Assembly (NCBI RefSeq): GCF_032191835.1 | Contig: NC_083224.1 | Span: 97,836,001-97,900,000 of the forward strand | DNA: 64,000 nt | DNA from: Heteronotia binoei | Lineage: Eukaryota | Reading direction: 5' to 3' | Shown here: positions 20,744 through 33,600 of the stretch, one piece after another | Position numbering within the stretch: position 1 is the stretch's first letter | How the letters are laid out: every line of letters begins with the position of its first letter | Position numbers and translations under genes: made by a program | The notes under the pieces: model-generated | The model's database searches: none | Seen by the model: the letters and a program-made list of their open reading frames with translations, nothing else | What the model was told of the DNA's origin: nothing

Positions 20744-23700
20744 TAGGGGTGTGCAAAAAAATAAATAAATTCAGAATTAATTGGATTCGGAAATATATGA
20801 GGCCAAAAAATTCGGAATACCATATATTTCGAATACAGGTACTCGGAATAGCCGCATATACGGTAGATGCATGGCTATTTCCGAATATATGGCCCCATTA
20901 TACCCTATGGCCATTGAAATCAATGGCAAAATAGGGTATATTGGAAGCCGCGTGGAGGCGAGGGGGTTTGAGGGAGAGCCCCCAAATTTGCTGGGGACCT
21001 GCAGGGGATTCTCCCCTACAAACTCCCCAAGTCCCAAAAAGATTGGGCCAGGGGGTCCCATTCCAGAGGCACCCAAAGAGGGTGCCCTTATCCCACCATT
21101 ATACCCTATGGGCCACTGAAATCAATGGCAACATAGGCTATAATTAGGGGCTACTGGGGGGCACCCAATTACTGGGGCACCCAAAGCCAAACCTAACTTC
21201 ACAGAGAATCTCTATAGGACCCAAATGCACTACATCCATCTATCTACTCTATGAACGCTGTTAGCCTGGAACCAATATAAACCCAGTTGCTAACATCACT
21301 GCTACACAAAACACAGTCTGCTCAAGGTCTGCTCTGCGCAGACCTGGCTGCAGCAAACCCAGATGCCAGCTCTCCAGCCCTGCCTCAAACAACACAGGGA
21401 GAGCTGGCCAAGCACAACAAACATGCTGGTTCTGGGTCTCTCACCCAGGTGCCAGCTTCCCTGCCACAGAACACGCAATCTACAGATGCCAGCTCCAAAC
21501 AACACAACTCTCAAAAAAGAGAAGTGGTGGACCACACCTAGCTCCACATCATTCTGTATCTGACACAAAGCAAGAAGCATTTAGACTTACCTGGAGTGAT
21601 GGATGGTTGACTGGTCCAGGCTCTTTTGCGTTACCCAGGGTGCACCACGAGGAGGCGAGCCAGAGTTGCAACCCAAATGAGAAAGATCTCTGGGAGGGCC
21701 TCAGATTGTGTGAGAAGAAGGGAACCATTCCTTCTCTCTCAGCTCAGCAGCAACACACCAGCTATCACTGTCCCATTAGAGGGACCTCAGCATTGGTATG
21801 GCTGCTGGCTGCCTGTCATCATCATTGGCACTTCCCTATTTCTTCCTCCTGCCCCTGAAAAAAAACCCTGTGTTATCCTGGCTGGGTCTGTGGGTTCTGT
21901 TGGTTAAAGTTGGGGGCTGCAATGGCCCTTTCAGTATTATTAGGCATGTGTGGATGGGAACTGTGGAAATTTGGATTGCTTTGCAAATTTTAAACCAGCA
22001 TTCATTTTTGGATTGGGGATAAATGAGGTGGGGGGGGGGGTTCACTGCCAATCAATTTGTGAGTGAGGTTTTGGGCTGTCTTTGGATTCCAGTCTATGTT
22101 TTGTGGGAGAGTGTTTTACAACCACCTTCCAAGCACGGGCCAAGAGAGGATGCAGGCACAAGTAGGTGCTCACTTCATTCACTCTCAAAGTCTACATTCA
22201 GGGAGCTGAACAGAGGCAAGTTGACCTTCAGGAAGACCAACTGCTCAACTGTCTAGGGTTGCAGACGACTGCGATGTGGGCAGACAATGTCGCCCATATG
22301 CGAAAAGACAAGCTCGCTCTGCACGCTCGTCAGTGAGCATGAGAGGAACACCTTGGCCACGGAGGAGAGGGCCTGCCAGACCCCCTCCTTCGTGACCCAG
22401 TAGTCCAAAGGAGACGTTTCCTGCGACTTGTTGGGCTCTGAAAGGTAGTCCCTCACCATCGCAGCACCCATCTCCGCTCTCAGGGGCCTACCGCTCCCAG
22501 AGGGGCCAACGAGCCGCACAATGAGTGTCATCTCGGGACTCTTCGTGGCGTGAGTCTGGTGGGAAACACTGCCTAGCCGGGGAGGTTGGGGATGAACAGC
22601 AGTGGAAGTGGCAGATGAGCTGCTTCCACCCCCCCTCCTCCTCAGTTACCGGCACTGGGTCGCCCCTGACTCTGCAATGCTCGACCTTCTGGGAGAGCTC
22701 GTCTCGCCAGCGATTGAGCTCGTTGGCCTGCTCGGTGACTGTGCCCTTAAGGCACGGGTTTAACATGGTCGCCATCATGTAGACCTTATCCTGGGTGAAA
22801 GTCTGAAACTGGGCCTCAAGCCCTTCCTGCAGCCTAACAACCAGGGCACACACCACTGGAAGAAAATCTGCACGGCCTTGAGCTGGCACTAGAAACGAGG
22901 CCAGGTCCTCACAGGCCATGTGGACCATGGGGACGACCAGTGTGATGCTCGCCGTGTCAGACGAGAGCATTTCTGTGTGGGTCTTGAAGGGCCCAAGAAC
23001 CTCCACAGTCTGAGAAATGACCACCCAATCCTCTTGGGTGAGACAGTTCTCATCCCGATAGACCCTTGTCTCAGAGACAAAGGCATCCAGGGCTGCTCTC
23101 TGCTCCACCATGTGCTTCAGGATGGCACAGGTGGAGTTCCAGCGTGTGCTGACATCACCGATCAGGCGGTGCCCTGGCACGCCTGTCAGTGTCTGTTTCT
23201 CACGCAGCAGATACGAGTCTGTAGTGCTGCGTGAGAAGTGACCCGTGATGTGCCAACACTTCTGGAGCAGAAGTCAGTACTCATGGGTCGCGGCTAGATA
23301 CCGACGATCCTGGCTTTTTGTCTGGCCCAATATGTCCTTAACCAAGAGGTGGAGAACGTGAGCCATGCAAGGAAGGCATTGTAGGCCCTGACACTGGACA
23401 GCCGCCTTGAAGTTGGAGCCACCATAAGTCACCATGAAACTCGTGGTGACGTCCCCGCTGCCTACCCAGCCCTCTAACTGCCGTGAGAGGATGGCTCTGA
23501 GAGTGTCCGCCGTGTGCGGCGCATCGACTGCTTCGGTGTGCAGCAAGGCTCAGCAATAGCCGGCCTGGCGGCCCTGACCCTGCCTGCCACTACTGCCATT
23601 CCCACCCTGCAGCTTTCTGGGTTGCCACCAATGCGTAATCAGGGAGAGATACCCCTCGAACGCATGTTGGGAGCTCCAGATATCTGAGGTGAAATGAATA

Positions 23701-26700
23701 GCCCCCCAGCAGCATGGGACTAATGCGCCTTCACCACAAATCTGGTTGCCCTGAAAACAGCTGGCACAATGGTCCTGCTAATGGTGATTCAAGCAGGAAC
23801 TTTGTACCAGGGCGCCAGGTACTTTAGTAACACTAGCACCCCAGGATTCTCGATCACTGAAAATGGAAGCCGATGGGTGACCGGCCTGGCAAGGTTCCAG
23901 GCGATCACCCTCCTGCCGTACCTGATTCCCCCTCTTGGCACACAGGTGCCACACCTACCAAACATCTCAGGCAGAGATGCCTGGCGTCCCTGCACTGCCA
24001 CAGAACTCTCTTTGAGAGCTCTGGAGGTAGTCGTGATGGGACAGACCTCCTGGCTGGGTGGCGTTAGCCACTTGGGCACCCCAGCACCAGCCTACTTCTC
24101 CCCCTTAAGAAGCACCGCCGGGTGGTGCTTTCGCAGGTGGTTCTGCATCCCCCCTGGAGTCAGGTCCCGCCCACGACTGATCCGGGCCCTGAACAGCTGA
24201 TCCGGGCCCTGAACATAGTGTGGATCCTCCATAAGTTGGAAATGCTTCCAGACTTCGGAGGTGTATGGATGCCCAAGCTGACTGGCAGCTTGGGTGTCTA
24301 GAGCCACCTCCTGTGAGGGGTTTGGGGCAGACACATCGTGTCTTGGGGTGGCAGGAGGGGCTGGCCGCCAGGGGGAAGTGGACGGAGATGGAGGCACCTT
24401 ATGTTTCTCCATCTCTTCCCCCTCCATCCCATGCGGCCTCCCCTCCTGGCCATCCCCTGAAGGACTGCTGGTGCCCGAAGGAACCGAAAAAGAGGGCTGG
24501 TCCTCCTCAACCAGATTCTCCTCCAGCTCCTGCATGACACTCTGCACCCTCCTTGGGGGGATTGTTTTGGACAGAAAACTGTCCCCAAAGCTCATCTCCA
24601 AGGAAGGCTGCTCTTGCTGCCCCTCCTCTGGCTGCTGAGGCCGAGCGACATCAGCTGGAGGAGAGACTGCCTGAACAGCAGACCCCTGCTCAGTGCCAGC
24701 ACCTAATGGCACCTCTGCTGGGGGCACCCCAGCAGCAGCCTCGATGAAGGGCCCAAGGCGGGCCTTCTTCTTCATCACACTCCGGCTAGAGGTCGGAGTG
24801 CTGGAAGGGGGCTGTGGAGTGGCCCTATGCACAGGTAGGGGGGAAACCTGGGTCCTCCCCCTCCCCTCCACCCTTCTAGTCTTCTCCTTGGCCTTGCCCT
24901 CAGGGCCCCTCTTCTGCTGCCTGACACTCATGTCACCCTTGGCCAGTCTCACACAACCTGAACTGACTCACTGCACTGTACCCTGAACCAACAGGTGCCC
25001 TGACTTCTTTTTAAAACCCCTCCCATCAAAACTTGTTTGTTTTTTTGGTTCCTAACCTGTCCTTTGGGTTGGGGTAGTAGTGATCTGGTAATGTTTAGGA
25101 GACTAACTCACTGCACTGTACCCTGAACCAACAGGTGCCCTGACTTCTTTTTAAAACCCCTCCCACCAAAACTTGTTTGTTTTTTTTGTTCCTAACCTGT
25201 CCTTCTTTGGGTTGGGGTAGTAGTGATCTGGTAATGTTTAGGAGACTAGGTGATCCTGCCTCTACCTGGCTGCAGTTTTTAAAAGGCTACCTTGAGATGA
25301 AGGCAATCCTTGTTATATCCTCCTAGTTAAACTTCCCCTAACTAGATCCTGGGACAAACCGGATTTCCTTGCAAACTAGAAATCAGGTGTCCCCCAGAAT
25401 GAGAGAAGCTGTGGTTTACCCTATGGAAATCTAAGGATGCACCAGATTTCAGTGGCTGAAAGCAAGATGCACTGCAACCCTAGTCTCTTTAAAAGGGAGC
25501 CTGATGTGGCCTAGTAGTCACACTGCCTTTTATGAGAAACCTAAAATCTTTTTAAATTGCCCCTATCTGGCCTAGTTGAATTTTGAAAGAAGATAAATCC
25601 CTAAACTGGATTAATTTTTTTTTACATTTCAAAAAACACAATCCCTAAAAACATCCTTTTTTTTTTGGGCAGCCTATTTAGTGGCCCTAGCCAAACCGAA
25701 AGCACCCTCAGACTCCAAAAATAACTCTACAAAAACATGAAAGTGACCCACCTCACACAGCCCACATACCAACCCCCATACCAACCAGAGGTAATTTTAA
25801 AAAAACAAAACGTGACAGAAAGAAACTTAACTTTACCCCCCCACCCCCCAAAAAAAGACCAGAACCAGGAAAAGGTACAATAGGACAGGAGGATGCAAAA
25901 CCAGCAGCAACAGAGAATAGATCCAAACAAATCACTGGGAAAAGGCCAACAAACTCAACTGTTAAAAAGTGACCTTTTTAACAATGAAAATTAGGCCAAA
26001 CAGCACCCCTGCAACAACCAGAACCAGAAGAGAAAAGGAACAACAGCAGCACAACACAGCAGCAACAAATCAAACACAGAATCCTTTTAAAACAGTAAAA
26101 AACTTGACTTTTAACAATACAGGAACTTTACCAACCCCTTTCCCCCCAAAAACCTCCACCCTAACCCCAAGAAATCCAAGCCGCCCAAATCAGGAAAAGT
26201 AAAAGGACACTGCACTTTTAAAAGTTCTCTCACTAAAGTAAGATATGGGCAAATTGGCAAAAAACGCCCCCCATCCCCAGCAGAATCCCTTGACCCTAAC
26301 TCCAAATAAGCTACCCAGTACTCACCCACCCAAATCTGGATAAGTAAAGGGACTCTGTCTTAAAAAGTCCTTTTATTAACTAAAATAATAACAAGAACCC
26401 CAAGACTGTCTTACCTTAGATGTCTTCTCTTCTCCAGGCAGGTCAGGCAAGGCTGAGAGAGAGCAGCAGCAGCTGAGGCCAAGGGCCAGTGCAGCAGAAT
26501 CTCTCTCTCACACCAATACACCAACACAGCAACAATGGAATGGAGTCCAGTCACGCAGACTCCTTAAAAGGGTTCTCTGGCCCTACACAGAGCAGTTTAA
26601 AAAAAATACCACTGCTCTGTGATTGGCCAGAGAACACTGCTTACTTGGATTCCCAAGTAAACAAAAGAACAAAAAACAACAACAATGTTGCTGCTGGGGG

Positions 26701-27087
26701 ATTAGCCCAGCCATCAGCTACACAACAGTCCTGCAAAGCATGCATTTGCAATGCATTGAATTTTCAAATGCATCCTTTGGATGGGCTGCTGGGCTCCTCT
26801 CCCCCTCCCTCCCTGAGCCTAGGAAGGCTATGGGAGAAGTGGGAAAAGGCTTCCAAAGGTGGGAAAGGAGTCAAACAGCTCCCCTGAGGCTGCAGAAGCT
26901 CCTTTCCCGCCTTTTCCATGGACTTCCGTATACTTCCGAATATCTATTCGGAAGTATACGGGGAGCTGTATACTGCTCCTGTATAATGGGTCCCAATTGG
27001 ATTCGGAAGTATACGGTGCCGTATACTTCCGAATCAGGGGTGATTCGGCGGTTTCTTTGATTCAGCCGAACCGAATGCAGACCCCTA
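20744..27087 (-). mobile_element. Full-length hAT (Ac/ZBED-like) DNA transposon
   Basis: TIRs TAGGGGTGTGCA and TGCAGACCCCTA. 8-bp TSD gaagagac (20736-20743) / ggagagac (27088-27095). Subterminal clusters of ccgaat/attcgg motifs at both ends. Transposase remnants inside. Confidence 0.93.
22253..24931 (-). pseudogene. hAT transposase, multiple frameshifts and stops
   Basis: ATG at 24931. BED finger SEVWKHF...NHLRKHH; LPFSVIENPG; HFTSDIWS (1st D); VTYGGSN (2nd D lost); CMAH; DVSTRWNST; PLDYW...SVQSELVFS (E, hATC dimerisation domain). Confidence 0.92.
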
Positions 27088-28020
27088 GGAGAGACCTCTC
27101 TTTTCCCCTCGCAAGTCAAAGATACTGTCAAAGCAACTGTGCAGTGCAAAACCCATCACCAACGTGCCTGCCTGTCCCTCACTCTAAGTCTGTATGGCTG
27201 GGAGCTCGCCAGCAGAGCTTCCCACCACGCACTCCTCTCCCTAACAGCTGAGTTGTGTGAGGCCAGAGTGGAAGTATTTCTAGGAGGGGGGCGACCATGA
27301 TTGGGTGCTGGTAAGGGGGCTTGTCAGCCCGAGGTGCGAGGGGATTGGCGAGGCAATCATGCCGCTCCCTAAGGGGTTTGCGAGCTTCCGCAGCGGCAGA
27401 GGTGACCTTTGTTTTTGCTTTCAACGAGTGCCTATGGGACACGCCGCTATTTCTGCCGGCGTAATGTTGCGCCTCTTGGGGGGGCATGTCATGGGCCAAA
27501 CTACCGGTACTCAGGAAGCTGCCTAAGCCTGGCCGCGCCCCCAACTCCAACCCCTCCTCCGCCTGAATGCCGCGCTCTGCTCACTTCCACCCACGCTCGG
27601 GCACAGCCCTCAGACGCCGCTGCTCTCAGGTGGAACAGTGCTCGGGCGGCCCCCCCCACCCATGTAACTCCCCTCCGCTGTGGCGGCACTGGTCGTACGT
27701 CAATGCAAACCCTTCCTGTGCCCACATAGCGGCTCGTCTGCTCCCAAAAGACTTTCCACACAAACACCCCGGATTGTACTGTAAATGCAGCACTATATTT
27801 CCTATAAAATTCAATATCCCACCAAATATTTATTCACCAGTAATAGTTCAGCTTTTTAAAACAATTATCTTCTTATTCATTAGTTTTGCAGACTTTCTGT
27901 TCTCCCTTGAGGCTTCAGGATTCATGATATGATAGCAAGAAATTGCGGGGGGGGGGGGGGGGGGGAGGGAATCAATCCTAAACACAGTTATTATGTCTGT
28001 CTAACCCCATTTACTTCAGT

Positions 28021-28399
28021 TAGGGCTTCTGGGTCCCAGCAGGGGTTCCCCTGCCTTTGAGGGCTTTGAATCAGCACTGGGCAGCAGGGGAAACCCCACC
28101 CCCAAACAGGGCCATCAACATGTGACATCCCCAATGCGATGATGTCACTGGAAATGACATCATCATGTTATTGCCATGTGGTGACGCTCTAGTTTTTGGG
28201 CAAACGCTATGGTTTTGAAAGCAAAAAACCCACAGAGTTTTGCCCAAAAACTATAACTTAATTCCTCAACATTGGCAATGTGATGATGTCACTTCTGGGT
28301 GATGTCATCATACTGTGCATGCTTTGCGCACACAGCAGAAAATCCTTGAAAGGACCCGGGAGCTGCCGCCTGCTGCCAGGTAGGACCTGGCAACCCTAA
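28021..28399. mobile_element. hAT-type MITE (degenerate TAGGGTTGCCA TIR)
   Basis: tagggctt... and ...tggcaacccta ends; flanks acttcagt/atttcaat partly match. Confidence 0.5.
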
Positions 28400-29255
28400 T
28401 TTCAATTTACTTAGAAAGGTGAACCTCTGTTTGGAATTGCACTGTTAATTCCTGCTTTGCATTTTGCTGTCAAAGCTACTGGTCATTTCTAAAATTTTAT
28501 TATTATTATCTTAATAACACAATTACAAAAATAAAAAATTAAGATTAGCAGTGGTTTTGCCTGCAGAGTAAAAGCTATATTTAATTTCTCCCTCCTGAAT
28601 GATTATAGGTATTTAACAACTGATTCAGGAATGCTATTTGTGAGAGAACAGAAAATAATTAATTGTGCTGTAAAAAAGGGAAGAAACAAAATATAAAGAA
28701 TGGTATGCCAGTGAAACTTTAGTACTAGTTTGACTATCCATATGGGTCAGCCTTTCACTGCAGTTGCATTTTACTATTTCTAACTCACCACCTCACCAAC
28801 ATAGGTGTCTGTGGGGGTGGCCCTTCAGTGGCTTTCCTAATTTTTCCATGGTTGGAGACAGAGGGTGGTGCTGGGAGAAGATATGTCCTCTCTAGGCAAC
28901 CCTTACTATGTGGGGTTCCTCAGGGGGCACTCCTCTCTCCAATGTTATTTAACATCTACATGTGCCCCCTCACTCAGCTGGCATGGACTTTCAAGCTTGG
29001 GTGTCACCAGTATGCTGATGACACCCAGCTTTATCTGTTACTGGACTGCCATCTGGCTACCACACTGCGAAATCTGACTGAGGGTCTGGAGGCTGTGGTG
29101 GGATGGTTAAAAAACAACAGGCTGAGACTGAATCCAATGAAGACAGAGATTCTGTGGCTGGAGGGGAGAGCTTCAAGATTGGAATCCGGGTCTTCAGCTC
29201 TTGATGTGGTGCTGCTGACACTAGCACTGTCCACCAAGAGTTTGGGTGTGATTAT

Positions 29256-30651
29256 AGAATCATAGAGTTGGAAGGGACCTCCAGGGTCATCTAGTCCGAC
29301 CCCCTGCACAATGCAGGAAACTCACAAACACCTCCCCCTAAATTCACAGGATCTTCATTGCTGTCAGATGGCCATCTAGCCTCTGCTTAAAAACCTCCAA
29401 AGAAGGAGAGCCCACCACTTCCCGAGGAAGCCTATTCCACTGAGGAATCGCTCTAATGGTCAGGAAGTTCTTCCTAATGTTGAGCCGGAAACTCTTTTGA
29501 TTCAATTTCAACCCATTGGTTCTGGTTCTACCTTCTGGGGCCACAGAAAACAATTCCCCACCATCCTCTATATGACAGCCCTTCAAGTACTTGAAGATGG
29601 TGATCATATCACCTCTCAGCCGCCTCCTCTCCAGGCTAAACATCCCCAGCTCCTTCAACCTTTCCTCATAGGACTTGGTCTCCAGATCCCTCACCAACTT
29701 TGTTGTCCTCCTCTGGACCCATTCCAGCTTGTCTATATCCTTCTTAAAATGTGGTGCCCAAAACTGAACACAATACTCCAGGTGAGGTCTTACCAGAGCA
29801 GAGTAAAGTGATACCATCACATCATATGATCTGGACACTATACTTCTGTTGATACAGCCCAAAATTGCATTTGCCTTTTTAGCCACTGCATCACACAGTT
29901 GACTCATGTTCAGTGTAATATCCATTAAGACCCCTAGATCCTTTTTGCACATACTACTGCTAAGACAAGTCTCCCCCATACTATAACCATGCATTGGATT
30001 TTTCCTACCTAAATGCAGAACTTTACATTTACCCCTGTTAAAAATCATTTTATTGATTTTAGCCCAGTTTTCCAGCTTGTCATCCTAAATTCCAGGGGTG
30101 GCCAACGGTAGCTCTCCAGATGTTTTTTGCCTACAACTTCCATCAGCCCCAGCCATTGGCCATGCCAGCTGGGGCTGATGAGAGTTGTAGGCAAAAAACA
30201 TCTGGAGAGCTACTGTTGGCCACCCCTGCGTGTATTCTGTTTCTGTCTTCTACTGTATTTGCAACCCCTCCCAATTTAGTATCATTGGCAAATTTAATAA
30301 GCATTCCCTCTTTTCCTTCATCCAAATCGTTGATAAAGATGTTGAACAAAACAGGTCCCAGGACAGATCCTTGAGGCACTCCACTTGTCACTTCTCTCCA
30401 AGAGGATGAGGAACCATTCACAAGCACTCTTCGGGTGTGATCTGTCAACCAGTTACAGATCCACCTAACTGTAACAGGATCCAAACCACATTTTACCAAC
30501 TTGTCAACAAGGATAGTATGTGGAACCTATCAAAAGCCTTACTGAAATAAAGATAAACAATGTCTACAGTATTCCCCTGATTCAGCAAGGTATTCACTTT
30601 CTCAGAAAAAGAGATCCAGTTAGTCTGACATGACTTGTTCTTGAGAAACCC
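29256..30651 (-). mobile_element. 5'-truncated CR1 LINE
   Basis: [65 protein letters not shown]. gattctat tail. Possible TSD attat (29251-29255/30652-30656). Confidence 0.92.
30093..30228. mobile_element. Palindromic hAT-type MITE inside CR1
   Basis: caggggtggccaac...gttggccacccctg; near-perfect 136-bp inverted repeat. Confidence 0.85.
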
Positions 30652-32892
30652 ATTATGGATGCCTCCTTAATTATGGAGGCCCAAGTCATGCACATATCCT
30701 GGCTTCCACCTTCACCAGGCTCAGCAACTGGCTCCTTTCTTGTCATGCCCTGACCTAGGCACAGTAATTCATGCAACCGTCACCTCTAGGCTTAACTACT
30801 GTAACTCACTTTACTTTAGCCTACCCTTGAGACTGACCCAGAAATTCCAGCTGATCCAGAATGCAGCAGTGTGAGTTCTGATGGAAATGTCACAGATGGC
30901 ACATATTCAACCTGTGCTGCACCAGCTACATGACTTCCAGTGGAGTCCTGAGTCAGGTTCAAGGTATTGGTATAGACCTTTAAGGCCTTGAGTGGTCTGG
31001 TACCAACCTATCTGTGGGAACGTCTCCTCTGGTATGCTCCACAGATAACAACCTGCTGGTGATCCCTGGCCCCAAGATGTCCAGTTGTCCTTGACCAGGG
31101 CCTTTTCGGTCCTGACCCTGACCTCGTGGAACACTCTGCCTAATACTATCAAGGCACTGCAGGATCTTATGCAATTCTGCAGGGTCTCTAAGGCAGAGAT
31201 GTTTCACCAGGCTTTTGGCTGAGGCCAGCAACAGTCCCTTTTTCCTTCCCCCAGTTCTGATCTAGTGTTTCCTCTCCCCCTACCCGGAAAGTGGCCAGGC
31301 AGACCATAATCAGGATATAATTCCTAGGGACGCCATCTTGTACTTCTTTTTAATCTGGTCTCTTTTAACTTTTTATTTTAATCTTGTTTTATTGGCATTT
31401 AAATGTTTTGTGGCTTTATGCCTTTTGTTTTACATCACCAAGAGCCCTGTGTAAGTAGGGATAGGGCAATTAGTAAATCAAATAAATAATAATAAAAATC
31501 ACCACAAGCCTGGTCTGAAAAAGATGGGAGATAATGGCTGCTTCCACAGACTAACATTTCTCGGTGTGGGCAGCAGAATGCTCTTGCTGTTCTAAGGGGT
31601 ACCCACAAGATGTCATGTTCGTTCTGGGTATGACATGTGGGTATGTATGACATGTGGCATTCCTCTCTGAGACAGATTAAAGGAAAACCATCTTTGATCC
31701 TGTTTAGAGGAGGAAGGGGGGACTGAGGGTGGAACAGCCTCATGGATGCTCTGCCTCCATCCACTTCAGAGATGGATGCAAAACTAAGCTTTGCCTCCAA
31801 AATGGCAGGACTAAACTGTATCTCCCCTTTTAGCCTTTTTAATTGGCTTTTCCCCCTTCTCAGGTATGAAGGGGGAAGCGGGTTGCCTGGCACAAGGGGC
31901 ACCTGGCATGATTATTGCCATATTAATGTTTTTGCACCTATATAACAGAAGAAAAGAGGGCGGGACAGGTGATGGAGCAACATCAGCAGGGTTTGATGAA
32001 CTTCTTGTGCCACTCACTAGGCATCTTTTTCTGCCCGTGTGGAAGCAGCCAACAGGGAAGACAGGCATTGGGATGCCAATTTTGTTATTTGACTTCTCAG
32101 TTAATTGGTGTTTGCAGATTAAAAGGCTAGAGTGGAAGCAACCACAGAGTACAGACTACAGAGGAATGAGTCTTCATTAGGCCAGAGGCACAATTCCTAA
32201 TTAAAAAGTAATGTATTCTGTACTGTAGTTGTGTGTTGCTTCAGACCAAAGGTGATTACTTTTTATGTCAGCCCTAGCTGAGGCACTGGCTGTACATGGC
32301 CTTGAAACTAGCCATTGTGTGAGATGTTTCTGTTATCTTCCAAAGCACAACAGCCTTTCTGTCACAGGATAGAATCTTGTAACAGAATAACAAGCCTTCA
32401 ATAGAAACAGCCATTCAAAAGGAGAATATTTATCAGTCAGAAAACTAGAATTAAAGCCACATTTTAAAGCTACACAACTGAAGTCAACTAACCCAACAGT
32501 CAAACGGAGCAAAAACTAACAAACATAGATGTGGATTCAGGTCAATAAAGTGTATTGTTATAGTAGAGAGCTAAAAGATAGTAAATAAAATCAGGAAAAA
32601 AATACCAGGCACTTAGTCTTGGTTTTTAGGATTAATCCTATGCACACATTAGACGTTCATCCCTTCCTATGTGTGATCACCACCTTGTGGCCACAGAATC
32701 TACATATGTTGGAAGTGTATGCGCATTCAGGCTCCTGTACACATCAGGCTCAATTGCTATGATCAGAAAGGTTCCTAGCAGGAAAGAGAAGTCTTGCTGA
32801 TCTCAGAATCTTTCTTTTTTTGTACCTATTATTTTTGTGCCTCTTCACTGAGATCAAGAATTTGCAGTATGTGTGTGAGAGTGTAGATTCAG

Positions 32893-33374
32893 TAGGGTTG
32901 CCAATCCCCAGGTGGGGGCAGGGGATCCCCTGGTTTGGAGGGCCTCCCCCCACTTCAAGGTCATCAGAAAGCGGGGGGGTGGATGTCTGCTGGGCACTTC
33001 ATTATGCCCTATGGAGACTGATTTCCATAGGGTATAATGGAAAATTGATCCACGGGTATCTGGGGCTCAGGGAGGGCTGTTTTTTTTAAGTAGAGGCACC
33101 AAATTTTCAGCATAACATCTAGCGCCTCTCCCTAAAATACCCTCCAAGTTTCAAAATACCCTCCTGGTCCAATCCTATGACCCCCCCCCCCAAAAAAGAA
33201 GGTACTCCTAACCCTCATTATTTCCAATGGAGGGAAGGCATTTAAAAGGTGTGTGGTCCCTTTAAATGTGGTGGTCGGAACTCCCTTTGGCGTTCAATAG
33301 TGCTTGTCACAACTTTGCTCCTGGCTCCACTCCAAAGTCCCCAGATATTTCTTAAATTGGACTTGGCAACACTA
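32893..33374. mobile_element. hAT MITE with perfect 8-bp TSD
   Basis: TAGGGTTGCCAA...TTGGCAACACTA flanked by agattcag at 32885-32892 and 33375-33382. Confidence 0.9.
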
Positions 33375-33434
33375 AGATTCAGTAATACTGAACCTGCAAG
33401 TCCCATCCCCCTTTCCAATAATTAAGGATTCAGG

Positions 33435-33600
33435 CTTTTTTTGCAGCAGGAACTCCTTTGCATATTAGGCCATGCACCGCTGACGCAGCCAATCCTCCTG
33501 GAGCTTAAGTAGGACCTGTACTAAAAGCCTTGTAAGCTCTTGGAGAATTGGCTACATCGGTGGTGTGTGGCCTAATATGCAAAGGAGTTCCTGCTACAAT
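33435..33600. mobile_element. Palindromic MITE
   Basis: ttgcagcaggaactcctttgcatattaggcc...ggcctaatatgcaaaggagttcctgctacaa inverted arms. Confidence 0.8.

Larger units (their letters stand above)
19129..27781. mobile_element. Putative GC-rich non-autonomous DNA element interrupted by the hAT transposon
   Basis: Short TIR-like ends cagcgcaatcc (19129-19139) and ggattgtactg (27771-27781), 9/11 match. GC-rich sequence on both sides of the hAT insertion. No clear TSD. Confidence 0.35.
28830..31500 (+). mobile_element. Decayed L2-type LINE fragment, split by a CR1 insertion
   Basis: CGVPQGALLSPMLFNIYM, YADDTQLY at 28830-29255. Sequence resumes at 30652 and ends in an (AATA)-rich tail near 31500. 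Confidence 0.8.

Noticed and set aside
20770-20890. CRISPR-like or iteron-like short repeats (also 26920-27075)
   Set aside because: Irregular ccgaat motifs adjacent to TIRs are hAT subterminal repeats; there is no repeat-spacer periodicity and the context is eukaryotic.
19882-20934. 350-aa plus-strand ORF and neighbouring ORFs
   Set aside because: No domain motifs; it runs across the hAT TIR through GC-rich repeat DNA, where stop-poor frames are expected.
27946-27970. Long G-run as a functional G-quadruplex
   Set aside because: Simple homopolymer with no supporting context.
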